From assembly GCA_964401455.1 (NCBI GenBank), contig CAYNYI010000004.1, positions 1 through 57,978 of the forward strand: a stretch of 57,978 nucleotides of DNA. Direction: 5' to 3'. This DNA is from an uncultured Fibrobacterota bacterium (GTDB lineage: Bacteria > Fibrobacterota > OXYB2-FULL-49-7 > CAYNYI01). This document shows, piece after piece, positions 49,044 through 57,978 of this stretch. The notes under the pieces were generated by a model, which had not been told where the DNA came from, did not search any database, and saw only the letters and a list, made by a program, of their open reading frames with translations. Within the stretch, counting starts at the first letter, position 1. Each line of letters begins with the position of its first letter. The position numbers and the translations under genes are program-made.

Positions 49044-49182
49044 AAGATAAAACTACTCATTAAATCAAGTCAATCAAGATATTCTTTGAACCTTTTCGGA
49101 TTAAAGAGGGTCAAACACAATTCTTGATCGGGTTAATACCGTAAACTTGAAAATTGACTTGATAGCTAATTTATGTTATCTT
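49044..49182. promoter_or_regulatory. Divergent promoters for the prfB operon (-) and ompA (+)
   Basis: Minus strand: TTGACT (49073-49068)-18-TATCTT (49049-49044). Plus strand: TTGACT (49154-49159)-17-TATCTT (49177-49182), with an extended TG. Confidence 0.65.
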
Positions 49183-49263
49183 ATTGCATTATCTGAATTA
49201 AGCAAAATTTTAATTAAACAGACTGTTTTATAAACAAACATAAAAAAAATAAGGAGAGGCCTC

Positions 49264-51231
49264 ATGAAGTTCGTTTCTACAATCCTGGTATTATTCATAT
49301 TCACGATATACTCGGAGGTAGCCAAAGAAGGCCAGAAGTGCGTGGTGTGTACGCTTTCGGCGCAGACCCTAGGGCAGAGAAAGCTCGCTGTCTACTATTC
49401 GATTACCTAAAGCCAGTCTTCGGATTTTGTAATGAACGCCTAAAACTATTTTAATACAAGCTCATTCATGGTCGATATGCCTCTAACCAAGTCCTCTCCT
49501 AAAATTCTTTCCAATTACCTCAACCTCAGCTTCGGCGTCTTGAAGTTCATGGACTTCTCCATGGGCTTCCCTTATTATGTCGATGACGCCGGCGTGGAGA
49601 GCATGCAAACACACGGAATCGGGGACATGACCGCGTCACTTAAAATCCAGTATCCCCCTTATAGTCACAGCAAAGTTTTTGATGTGGCTTATTTCGGAAA
49701 TCTTTCGCTTCCCACAGGAGACAAATCCAAGGGGATTTTCCCGAGACGCAGCTACTATATACCGCTGAACAAAAAATACATTGCACCCGGAAGCGGTGAG
49801 TACTACTATCAGCCGGACTCAACAGGAGATATAGTTCTTGACACCTTGAACCCGGGACTGTACAGCACAGATAAGGCCAACGGCTTACAGACATTCAGCA
49901 GGGACTATATTGACGAATATTTTTATACAGCGAATTCTCCGACATTCAATACTTCAATGCTTATGACTCTCGATGCCGGAGAAATCAATCCGGAAGTTCC
50001 TCTCAGATTTCATCTTAATTTTGGGGCTACTTGGGTTTCTCATACCAATCTTGATAATGTATTTACAGCCGGTATGGGGCTTGAGTACACGCCGCATGAA
50101 ATCGTGACTATTTTTACAGACTTCAACGGTGAAACAAGAATGAAAAATATGAGTACCGGTTTCAAGGTCGGAGAAGACCCTCTTTATCTTACCCCCGGTG
50201 TCCGGATTAACACCCCCGCCGGGGTTCACATACTCCTCGGATTTGACATAGGAATGGCAAGCACTGACGACTCGCTTGTGTACCGCAGTTCCGACAAAGA
50301 AGAAAAACTTTATGTTACTCACATAATGCCTAAAACCGGAGCGTCATTCTCGCTCAACTGGTCGGGTTTCATTGTCTCACAGGATACCGACAAGGACGGA
50401 ATACCGGACAAAGACGATGCATGCCCGAATGTTCCCGAAGACATAGACGGATTTGAAGACAGCGACGGATGCCCGGACGAAGACAACGACAAAGACGGAA
50501 TACCGGACTCAAAGGACCAGTGTCCGAACCAGCCTGAAGACCTCGACGGTTTTGAAGACGATGACGGATGCCCGGACCCTGATAACGATAAAGACGGAAT
50601 ACCCGATAAAAAAGACAAATGCCCCGCCCGGGCCGAAGACCTTGACGGTTTTGAAGACGATGACGGATGCCCGGATATTGACAATGACCAGGACGGAATA
50701 CCGGACAGTCTTGACAAATGCCCAATGGATCCCGAGGACAAAGACGGCTTCCAGGACGAGGACGGATGTCCGGACCTTGATAATGACCAGGACGGAATAC
50801 CGGACAGTCTTGATAAATGCCCGAACAAACCCGAAAACTTCAATGGATTCCAGGACGAGGACGGATGCCCCGATAAAAAGGTTGCGGAGCCTAAAACCTC
50901 AATACTCAAGGGCGTACAGTTCAAGACAGGCACTTCCGAACTTACCTTCGAGGCCCGCCAGGAGCTCGAAGGTCTTGTAAACGCCCTCAAAGTTCATAAA
51001 AACATAGTACTTGAAATAAGAGGCTATACGGACAGCCGGGGAAGAAAATGGCAGAACCAGAAACTTTCGCAGAAACGCGCCAACAGCGTGAAGAGTTTTC
51101 TTGTGGCTAAGGGAATTAACCCGGCGAGACTCAGCGCAAAAGGCTACGGCGAAGAAAATCCGATAGCGAGCAACCGCACTGCTGACGGAAGACGCAAGAA
51201 CAGAAGAATCGAGATATACAGACTTAAATAA
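49264..51231 (+). CDS. OmpA-family outer membrane protein (beta-rich N domain, TSP type-3 repeats, OmpA_C); 5' part interrupted by two in-frame TAA codons (possible pseudogene or assembly error)
   Basis: OmpA_C motifs GYTDSRG..NQKLSQKRANSV..GYGEENPIASN..NRRIE. ATG 49264 has an AAGGAG SD and a signal peptide, and is in frame with ORF 49468 across TAA 49408 and TAA 49441. Confidence 0.85.
50383..50877 (+). repeat. Five 99-bp (33-aa) thrombospondin type-3-like Ca-binding repeats
   Basis: DxDxDGIPDxxDxCPxxxExxxGFxDxDGCPDx repeated five times. Confidence 0.92.
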
Positions 51232-51256
51232 GATATTTTTCTCGCTTAAATAAATG

Positions 51257-51289
51257 AAAAAAGCCGGTCCTTTTGAGGGTCGGCTTTTT
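51257..51289 (+). terminator. Intrinsic terminator after ompA
   Basis: AAAAAAGCCGGTCC-TTTTGA-GGGTCGGCTTTTT imperfect hairpin with T tail. Confidence 0.7.
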
Positions 51290-51348
51290 CATTTTTATAT
51301 ACTTGCATGTAATGAATTATCTTCTCTGCAAATCAAGATGACAAAAAT

Positions 51349-53169
51349 ATGCTTTCAGTAAAAAACCTCAATAAGTCCTTCGGACCGCAAAATATTTTCA
51401 AAGACGCGGAGTTCACACTTGAACCTGGTGAGAAGGCCGGCATTGTCGGCAGAAACGGCCAGGGAAAAAGTACACTCCTTAAAATTATCGCCGGTCGCGA
51501 ACATGCCGACGGTGGCGAAGTTACAATGCCACGCTCTTTTTCCGCCGCGTACCTGACTCAGGACCCGGAGTTCAGCGGAGGCTCAGTAATTGAGGAAGCC
51601 GCAGCGGGACTGCCTGACGAGTACAAAAATGAAACATGGCGTACAGAAAAGATCCTTTCCGGTCTTGGATTTTCAGAAAACGACTTTCAGAGGCCGGTAC
51701 GGGAATTCTCAGGGGGCTTCCAGGTAAGGATTAACCTGGCGAAACTGCTGTCTTCCGGTGCGGATATCCTGATGCTTGATGAACCCACCAATTATCTGGA
51801 TATAACCTCTATAAGGTGGCTTGAACAATTCCTGAAGAGATGGAAAGGTGAATTGCTCCTGATCAGTCATGACAGAACATTTATGGACAGTATAGTTGAC
51901 TCCGTTATCGGTATAAACCGTATGCGGCTGATTAAGACAAGGGGAGACACAGGGAAATTCTATAATAAAATAGCCGAAGAGGATAAACTTGCCGAGGCAA
52001 AGCGGAACAACTCCGAGAAAAAGCAGAAGCAAATTGAGGAATTTGTCAGCAAATTCAGGGCAAAAGCAAGACAAGCCAACATGGTGCAGTCCAGACTGAA
52101 AACACTTGAAAAAATGGAAACCGTGGAAATCGCATCCAAATCACCTGAATTAAGCTTTAAATTCAGCTACCATGATTTTCCCGGGAAATATCTTATGGAA
52201 GCTGAAGAACTATCGTTTGCCTACGGCGAAGGCCCTCTTCTTTTCAGTGACCTTTCTTTCAGCGTTTCACCAAAGGACAAAATCTGCATAATAGGTAAAA
52301 ACGGAAAAGGGAAATCAACCCTTTTAAACCTGCTTACAGGAAAACTGAAAGACAGAAGAGGAAAAACAAAATTTCACCGTGAAACAAAAGTGGGATATTT
52401 CACACAATCCAATTCCCGGAACCTGCATCCCGATAATTCCGTTTACGCGGAAATCTCGAGGGTCTCGGAAGACAAAAGCAGAAACCATGCTATGAATATA
52501 TGCGGGGCGATGCTTTTTTCCGGGGATTCTGCTGAAAAGAAAATAAATGTTCTTTCCGGAGGAGAACGATCCCGTGTTCTTCTTGGTCAGGTGCTCGCCA
52601 AACCGGCGAACCTTCTCTTGCTGGACGAACCCACACATCATCTGGATATGCAGGCAATCGATTCTCTGGCTGAAGCTATAAACAATTTCCCCGGGGCAGT
52701 TATAACAGTTACCCATGATGAACGGCTTTTACGCAGAACAGCCGAAAAACTGATTGTTTTCCAGTCGGACAGGGCTTTCTTTTTTGACGGAGACTATGAG
52801 GCGTTTTTACAAAAGCACGGCTGGGAAGAAGAAGGCCCCGATAAAAAAGCAGTAAAAAAGTCATACGGCAAAAAAGAAGAAAGAAAAAAACGAGCGGAGT
52901 TTTTCAGAGAGAAGAATACTAAAATTAAACCGGTAAAAAGGGATATTCTGGAGCTGGAAAAGAAAATAATGCGCCTCGAAGAGGAAATGAAACAAAAAAC
53001 CGCCCAGATTGAGAAAGCCGCTTCAGACAGCGGTGAGGGAGGCGATTTAGCATCAATATCCGCTGAAATGGGAAGGATCCAGAAAGAAACCGAAGACTCT
53101 TATCTGCTTCTTTCAAAAAAATACGATGAACTGACGGCTCTCGAAGAAAACTATTCCGTAGTCGAATAA
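51349..53169 (+). CDS. ABC-F family ATP-binding protein
   Basis: Two ABC domains (GRNGQGKST/FSGG/LDEPTN and GKNGKGKST/LSGGE/LDEPTH), no TM, C-terminal coiled coil. Confidence 0.93.
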   Translation: MLSVKNLNKSFGPQNIFKDAEFTLEPGEKAGIVGRNGQGKSTLLKIIAGREHADGGEVTMPRSFSAAYLTQDPEFSGGSVIEEAAAGLPDEYKNETWRTEKILSGLGFSENDFQRPVREFSGGFQVRINLAKLLSSGADILMLDEPTNYLDITSIRWLEQFLKRWKGELLLISHDRTFMDSIVDSVIGINRMRLIKTRGDTGKFYNKIAEEDKLAEAKRNNSEKKQKQIEEFVSKFRAKARQANMVQSRLKTLEKMETVEIASKSPELSFKFSYHDFPGKYLMEAEELSFAYGEGPLLFSDLSFSVSPKDKICIIGKNGKGKSTLLNLLTGKLKDRRGKTKFHRETKVGYFTQSNSRNLHPDNSVYAEISRVSEDKSRNHAMNICGAMLFSGDSAEKKINVLSGGERSRVLLGQVLAKPANLLLLDEPTHHLDMQAIDSLAEAINNFPGAVITVTHDERLLRRTAEKLIVFQSDRAFFFDGDYEAFLQKHGWEEEGPDKKAVKKSYGKKEERKKRAEFFREKNTKIKPVKRDILELEKKIMRLEEEMKQKTAQIEKAASDSGEGGDLASISAEMGRIQKETEDSYLLLSKKYDELTALEENYSVVE

Positions 53170-53305
53170 TCATACCGATTCTTGATGTACCAAAATAGAA
53201 CATTCCGTCCCCCGACCTATAGTTTTCCTTAGCGGTCAACACAAAACCCCAATATATTGCACCTCGATTTAATACGGGCACAATATAGGCTTCTTACCCT
53301 ATAAA

Positions 53306-53347
53306 CCTTATGTTCTGCTTGCATAAGGCGAGTGAGTTTCATAATTT
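53306..53347 (+). promoter_or_regulatory. Putative promoter of the porin-proVWX operon with overlapping inverted repeat
   Basis: TTGCAT (53319-53324)-17-TAATTT (53342-53347). CCTTATG-N9-CATAAGG (53306-53328) spans the -35. Confidence 0.45.
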
Positions 53348-53415
53348 CTTTCTGCGTAAAAACAATGTGTAATGATACGAGACCGTTTTTTTATCAACCA
53401 AAACAAGGGGGTTTT

Positions 53416-54642
53416 ATGAGATTCTTTACGCTTCTGACAACCATCACTCTTTTTTCTTCAACGTTGCTCTTTGCCGGAGAGGACGGATTCACGATAGGCG
53501 GAGCTATGCGCTACAATATAATAGCCACTAATTATGAGTCCGACAATAAACCGGACAACACTAAATTCACATTTGACACATGGCGCCTTAATGTGGACGG
53601 AGAGAAAGACGGAATCGGGCTCAGCTTTGAATACCGTTTTTATCCTACTTTCGCCACACATTTTATTCACCACGGCTATCTTTCATATAATTTCGGTGAA
53701 AACACACAGATGCAGCTAGGCGCTACTCAGGTACCTTTCGGAATCACTCCTTATGCCTCACATTCATGGTGGTTCCAGATACCTTACTATGTAGGTCTTG
53801 AAGATGACTATGACATGGGTGTAAAATTCGACCTCAAACCTATGGAAAATCTTGAAATGCAGATAGCCTATTTCCGTCAGTCGGAACCTGAAGGACCTTA
53901 TTACGGCGGTCTCTCGACTTTCGGTAACAGCGGCCCCGGACGCTACAGTTATGACATCACTCCGGATGCAGGCAACGGTAAAAGCATCAAGGAAATGGAT
54001 CAGGGAAACATAAGAGCAGCTTACAAAGTCAATGAAAATATCGAAATCGGAGCTTCCGGACAGGTCGGCGCCATCTATAACAGCGTCCTCGAAGGAACTC
54101 AGCTTTCATATGCCGGCGCGGGACATGTTGTAGCGAAATTCGGTTCTTTCGACTTTAAAGGCGAATATATCAGATATAACTACAAAGCCAAAGACGATAA
54201 CGGAGACATAATGAAAACCGTTCCTATGGGAGCCTACGGTTCTATTTACCCTGTAGCCGCCAAGGCGGACATCATCTGCGCCGGACTGGCCTACAGCATG
54301 CCTGTAGAACTCGGCCCGATCAGCAATATTCAGCCTTATATAGACTACTCGCTTCTCAGTAAAGCCAATGAGGATTTTGAAAATACTCATCACCTGATAC
54401 CCGGCATGCTTGTAACATCTGGTTCTGTCTATACCTACATAGACTTCGCGCTCGGAAAAAACCAGCCCTGGCTCACAGACAGCTTCGGCACGGGTCTCGG
54501 AAAAGGCATGACATATGCAACAGATGTTGACGAAGACAGAGTTAATTATACCGATGATGCTTCCAAAGCCGGAGAACCTGTTCCTGTATCCGACCTCGAC
54601 TGGAATATGCGCTTCAACATAAACATAGGGTATTATTTCTAA
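53416..54642 (+). CDS. Putative outer-membrane beta-barrel porin
   Basis: Signal peptide from ATG 53416 (AAGGGGG SD), aromatic/Gly-rich amphipathic strands and a C-terminal MRFNINIGYYF beta-signal. Confidence 0.75.
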   Translation: MRFFTLLTTITLFSSTLLFAGEDGFTIGGAMRYNIIATNYESDNKPDNTKFTFDTWRLNVDGEKDGIGLSFEYRFYPTFATHFIHHGYLSYNFGENTQMQLGATQVPFGITPYASHSWWFQIPYYVGLEDDYDMGVKFDLKPMENLEMQIAYFRQSEPEGPYYGGLSTFGNSGPGRYSYDITPDAGNGKSIKEMDQGNIRAAYKVNENIEIGASGQVGAIYNSVLEGTQLSYAGAGHVVAKFGSFDFKGEYIRYNYKAKDDNGDIMKTVPMGAYGSIYPVAAKADIICAGLAYSMPVELGPISNIQPYIDYSLLSKANEDFENTHHLIPGMLVTSGSVYTYIDFALGKNQPWLTDSFGTGLGKGMTYATDVDEDRVNYTDDASKAGEPVPVSDLDWNMRFNINIGYYF

Positions 54643-54688
54643 AATCCGTAAGGATAAATAATAAACTAACAGGAAAAGAGAAACAAAT

Positions 54689-55930
54689 ATGAGTAAAATA
54701 GAAGTCAAGAATCTGAACGTTATCTTCGGAAAACACACGAAGAAAGCGCTCACTCTTCTTGAGAAAGGCTCCGGTAAAGATGATATCCTGAAAGAAACAG
54801 GATGTACTATCGGCGTTAACGGCGCCGAATTCAACATCGAAAACGGAGAACTTTTCGTTATCATGGGGCTTTCGGGGAGCGGCAAATCGACGCTCCTCCG
54901 ATGCCTCAACCGCCTGATCGACCCGACCTCGGGTATCGTGACGGTGGACGGCAACGACGTGACAGCGGCCGAAGAAGACAGACTCCGTGAGCTCCGGCGT
55001 ACGGAAATGGGAATGGTTTTCCAGCACTTCGGACTCCTGCCCCACAGAACGGTAGCCTCTAATGTGGCTTTCGGGCTTGAGATACAGGGCAAGGACCCTG
55101 TCGAAAGCCGTGAAAAAGCCCTTCAGGTCATAAAAACCGTGGGGCTCGATGGCTATGAAGACATGATGACAGGAGAACTCAGCGGCGGAATGCAGCAGAG
55201 AGTAGGGCTCGCAAGAGCGCTTGCAAACGACCCGGAAATCCTTTTAATGGACGAAGCGTTTTCCGCCCTGGACCCGCTGATCAGAAAAAATATGCAGGAC
55301 GAACTTCTGCAGCTCCAGGAAAAAGTTCACAAAACAATTGTCTTCATCACTCATGACCTCGATGAAGCCCTGAAACTCGGTGACAGAATAGCCATAATGA
55401 AAGACGGAAAAATTGTTCAGATCGGAACACCGGAGGATATAATAACAAACCCGGCAAACCGTTATGTGGAAAACTTCACCGAAGATGTCAACCGGGCCAA
55501 TATCGTGACGGCGAGTACGATCATGTTAGATCATGTAGAGAAGGTGAGGCGCAATGACGGACCCCAGACTGCCCTTCACAAAATGAAAAAAATCGGAATT
55601 TCCGTTCTTCCGGTAGTCGGCGAAGGCGATAAATTCCTCGGTTTCATAAGAGATACAGGACTGGAGGAAATGGCTAAAAGCTCTGCAAAAGAGTTCAAGC
55701 CGTTTATGTGTTCCACAGAGGACACCAACGCGGTTTATCCCGATACTCCCGCTTCCGAGATGCTGCCTTTCTTTATTGAAAGCAGTCTTGACCTGGCGGT
55801 AGTTGATGAAAACAACAAGCTTTTGGGAATTGTGCCTCATTCGGCAGTAGTTTCCGAGATGATCGGCAAACATCCGGAAGAGTTGGAAAAACTGATAAGA
55901 GAAGGAGGTGTTGATTATGCCAAGGTTTGA
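54689..55930 (+). CDS. proV: Glycine betaine/proline ABC transporter ATPase with CBS domains (ProV/OpuAA)
   Basis: IMGLSGSGKSTL, FQHFGLLPH, LSGGMQQRVGLARAL, MDEAFSALDPLIR and a C-terminal CBS pair. Confidence 0.95.
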   Translation: MSKIEVKNLNVIFGKHTKKALTLLEKGSGKDDILKETGCTIGVNGAEFNIENGELFVIMGLSGSGKSTLLRCLNRLIDPTSGIVTVDGNDVTAAEEDRLRELRRTEMGMVFQHFGLLPHRTVASNVAFGLEIQGKDPVESREKALQVIKTVGLDGYEDMMTGELSGGMQQRVGLARALANDPEILLMDEAFSALDPLIRKNMQDELLQLQEKVHKTIVFITHDLDEALKLGDRIAIMKDGKIVQIGTPEDIITNPANRYVENFTEDVNRANIVTASTIMLDHVEKVRRNDGPQTALHKMKKIGISVLPVVGEGDKFLGFIRDTGLEEMAKSSAKEFKPFMCSTEDTNAVYPDTPASEMLPFFIESSLDLAVVDENNKLLGIVPHSAVVSEMIGKHPEELEKLIREGGVDYAKV

Positions 55931-56789
55931 ATTAGGCAGTTATATTGAGTCAGCAATAGACTGGCTCAGCAACACTTTCTCGGTGGTTTTCGGAATCATA
56001 AGCACCACGGTAGAAGCGCTTGTCGGGGCTTTCCAGACCATATTGATTTTTCCGAATCAGTATCTTATGGCGGCAATAATTGTCATCCTTGTTCATCTCG
56101 CGTTTTCGGGAGGTGAAAAGAAAATTTCAGGCGCGGCCTGGAAAAAATCCGGAGGAATGGTTATTTTCGCGGTGATCGGGCTTCTTCTTCTGATGAGTCT
56201 TGATCTATGGACAGAGACAATGCAGACAATCGCGCTTGTAATTTCAGCGGCCTTTCTGGCAATGGTAATAGGAATACCGCTTGGAATATATGCCGCAAGA
56301 AATGACCGCTTTGAGTCTATAATCAGACCGATACTTGACCTGATGCAGACAATGCCTCCATTTGTATATCTTATTCCGGCCATACTGTTTTTCAGCGTGG
56401 GAAATGTTCCCGGTGTTGTCGCGACTGTTGTTTTCGCGGTCCCCCCCGCTGTCAGACTAACGAGCCTCGGTATAAGAAACGTATCTAAGGAAGTCGTTGA
56501 AGCGGCGCTGTCTTTCGGCGCTACAAATCGGCAGCTTCTTTTCAAGGTACAGATACCGCTTGCAAAAAACACGATTCTCGCCGGCGTGAACCAGGTTATA
56601 ATGCTGGCGCTTTCCATGGTTGTTATAGCCTCGATGGTCGGAGCATCCGGACTCGGCCAGCTTGTATATAAGGGCATACTCAGAGCAGACCTTGCCCTTG
56701 GTTTTGAAGCCGGACTCGGAATTGTAATAATAGCCATACTGCTAGACAGGATAACACAGGCTGTAGGAAATATTCCAAAGAAGAAATAG
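55917..56789 (+). CDS. proW: Glycine betaine/proline ABC transporter permease (ProW/OpuAB)
   Basis: PILDLMQTMPPFVYLIP, EAALSFG and GVNQVIMLALSMVVIASM. Confidence 0.95.
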   Translation: MPRFELGSYIESAIDWLSNTFSVVFGIISTTVEALVGAFQTILIFPNQYLMAAIIVILVHLAFSGGEKKISGAAWKKSGGMVIFAVIGLLLLMSLDLWTETMQTIALVISAAFLAMVIGIPLGIYAARNDRFESIIRPILDLMQTMPPFVYLIPAILFFSVGNVPGVVATVVFAVPPAVRLTSLGIRNVSKEVVEAALSFGATNRQLLFKVQIPLAKNTILAGVNQVIMLALSMVVIASMVGASGLGQLVYKGILRADLALGFEAGLGIVIIAILLDRITQAVGNIPKKK

Positions 56790-56817
56790 CACATATTAAT
56801 CTAAAAAAGGAGGACCC

Positions 56818-57675
56818 ATGAAAAAACTTTTAACATTAACCCTACTCGCTCTGACAGCGCTTCTTGTCATAGGAGGATGCTCAGGAGACAAAGGACCGGG
56901 CAAAAAAATAACAATTCTCTATCCTAACTGGGCCGAAGGCGTAGCCTTTACGAATCTCGCCAAGGCCGCTCTTACTGAAATGGGATACGACGTTCAAATA
57001 ACCCCGCTCGAACCCGGCCCGATTTACGCTTCTCTCGCAAAAGGCGATGCCGATCTTTTTATGGATGCCTGGCTTCCCAATACCCACGGCGACTACTGGG
57101 AAAAATACGGCAGCAAGATCGACAAACTCGGAGAATCTTTCTCTAACGGAACTACAGGACTTGTTGTTCCTGAATATGTTTCTGAAGATATAAAGTCTAT
57201 CGCAGACCTTAAAGACAATAAAAAGATGTTCAAGGGAAAAATCATCGGAATCGGAAGCGGTGCCGGTATCCACAGAAATACCGAGAAAGCCATTGAGGAA
57301 TACGGAATACCTTTCGAGCAGGTAACTTCCAGCGGACCGGCAATGATGGCCAGCCTCAAAAAAGCCGCCAACAAGAAAGACCCGATTATTATTACCGGCT
57401 GGAAACCTCACTATAAGTGGGCCGAGTATAATCTCAGATATCTCGAAGATCCTAAAGGCGTTTATCCGAAAGATGTATGCGCGATTCTCGCCCGCAAAGG
57501 TTTCAAAGAGGATTATCCGAAACTCGCCGGTTTCTGCAAGAATTTCAATCTGAAGGAAGAACAGCTTTACAGCCTTATGGGCCAGATCAAGCAGGGTAAG
57601 GACGAACTCGCCGAGGCGAAAAAGTGGTATAAATCAAATAAAAGCCTTGTTGACGGCTGGATGCCCGAGAAATAA
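56818..57675 (+). CDS. proX: Glycine betaine ABC transporter substrate-binding lipoprotein (ProX/OpuAC)
   Basis: Lipobox IGGC, NWAEG, AWLPNTH, GLVVPEY, GWKPH and YLEDPKG. Confidence 0.92.
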   Translation: MKKLLTLTLLALTALLVIGGCSGDKGPGKKITILYPNWAEGVAFTNLAKAALTEMGYDVQITPLEPGPIYASLAKGDADLFMDAWLPNTHGDYWEKYGSKIDKLGESFSNGTTGLVVPEYVSEDIKSIADLKDNKKMFKGKIIGIGSGAGIHRNTEKAIEEYGIPFEQVTSSGPAMMASLKKAANKKDPIIITGWKPHYKWAEYNLRYLEDPKGVYPKDVCAILARKGFKEDYPKLAGFCKNFNLKEEQLYSLMGQIKQGKDELAEAKKWYKSNKSLVDGWMPEK

Positions 57676-57698
57676 GAAAAGTTTTAAAGACTTTCTGA

Positions 57699-57729
57699 TA
57701 AAAAAAGCCCGGTTTTACCGGGCTTTTTT
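57699..57729 (+). terminator. Intrinsic (possibly bidirectional) terminator after proX
   Basis: AAAAAAGCCCGGT-TTT-ACCGGGCTTTTTT perfect hairpin. Confidence 0.88.
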
Positions 57730-57825
57730 ATGGTATAATATTCGTTCATTTTTTACTTTGCTCTGTCAAATAATGAAACTCACATTTTTCTCCCCCTTCC
57801 TCATCTGTCGCATAAAAGATTTCTC

Positions 57826-57856
57826 TTGACTTCTATTTTTTTTTTTTTTGTAATTT
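57826..57856 (+). promoter_or_regulatory. Putative promoter with a T14 homopolymer in the spacer
   Basis: TTGACT (57826-57831)-19 nt including T14 (57836-57849)-TAATTT (57851-57856). Confidence 0.45.
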
Positions 57857-57907
57857 ACACTTTGTACCCATATTCATATATTGTTCTATTTGTCAAGGGA
57901 GATATCA

Positions 57908-57978
57908 TTGCAGGAAAACAAAGGAAAAATCGATCCGGATATTGTCTGTAACCGCGCTTTGCAGGCGAAGATGGGGGT
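57908..57978 (+). CDS. Probable 5' end of a gene running off the window
   Basis: AAGGGAG SD, then TTG 57908: MQENKGKIDPDIVCNRALQAKMG..., open to the window end. Too short to identify. Confidence 0.4.
   Translation, partial: MQENKGKIDPDIVCNRALQAKMG

Noticed and set aside
49408-49443. TAA reassignment (alternative genetic code) or a DGR variable region
   Set aside because: TAA ends many normal genes here (rny, pheT, rplT, proX). No reverse transcriptase or template repeat is present in the window.
50383-50877. Regularly spaced repeats resembling a CRISPR array
   Set aside because: They are in-frame 99-bp coding repeats (TSP3-like) with synonymous variation, no unique spacers and no cas genes.
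53170-53415. c-di-AMP (ydaO) or other riboswitch before the osmoprotectant operon
   Set aside because: I could not recognise the conserved aptamer motifs or an expression-platform terminator. An Rfam scan would be needed.
54106-55092. Long antisense/shadow ORFs (also 2103-2900, 13394-14215, 50319-50990, 56093-56794)
   Set aside because: They lie opposite well-supported genes, have no domain motifs and are expected from codon bias.

Overview
A 58-kb bacterial chromosome segment that is mostly core genome. It probably comes from a diderm FCB-group organism, possibly Fibrobacterota-like; this is inferred from the lpxC-fabZ fusion, a T9SS-type C-terminal domain and an OmpA with TSP3 repeats. Left to right: a truncated P-loop kinase remnant, then rmuC. 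Next is a ~10.6-kb signalling island: a heme-c/hemerythrin chemoreceptor divergent from a PAS hybrid kinase, a CheB-CheR-coiled-coil-PAS fusion, a second hybrid kinase and a PAS/Cys-His metal-finger protein. A long minus-strand run follows (in transcription order): prfB (+1 frameshift), lysS, lolC/E, lolD, mcsA, mcsB, clpC, tamB-like, bamA, skp, lpxD, lpxC/fabZ, lpxA; tRNA-Val, thrS, infC (AUC start), rpmI, rplT, pheS, pheT; zapA, 6S RNA, rny, ymdB, folD, a TPR gene, two paralogous beta-helix genes, a ParB-like gene and an SPL-like radical SAM gene. On the plus strand are an OmpA/TSP3 gene whose signal-peptide region has two in-frame TAA stops, an ABC-F ATPase, and a porin plus ProVWX/OpuA osmoprotectant operon. 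No CRISPR array, rRNA, integrase or transposase was seen. The best candidates for uncharacterised systems are the ParB-like/SPL-like pair, the kinase-less MAC-type CheBR circuit beside the dual-cofactor receptor, the tandem secreted beta-helix paralogs and the osmolyte-operon porin. All calls come from reading motifs by eye; no database searches were run.
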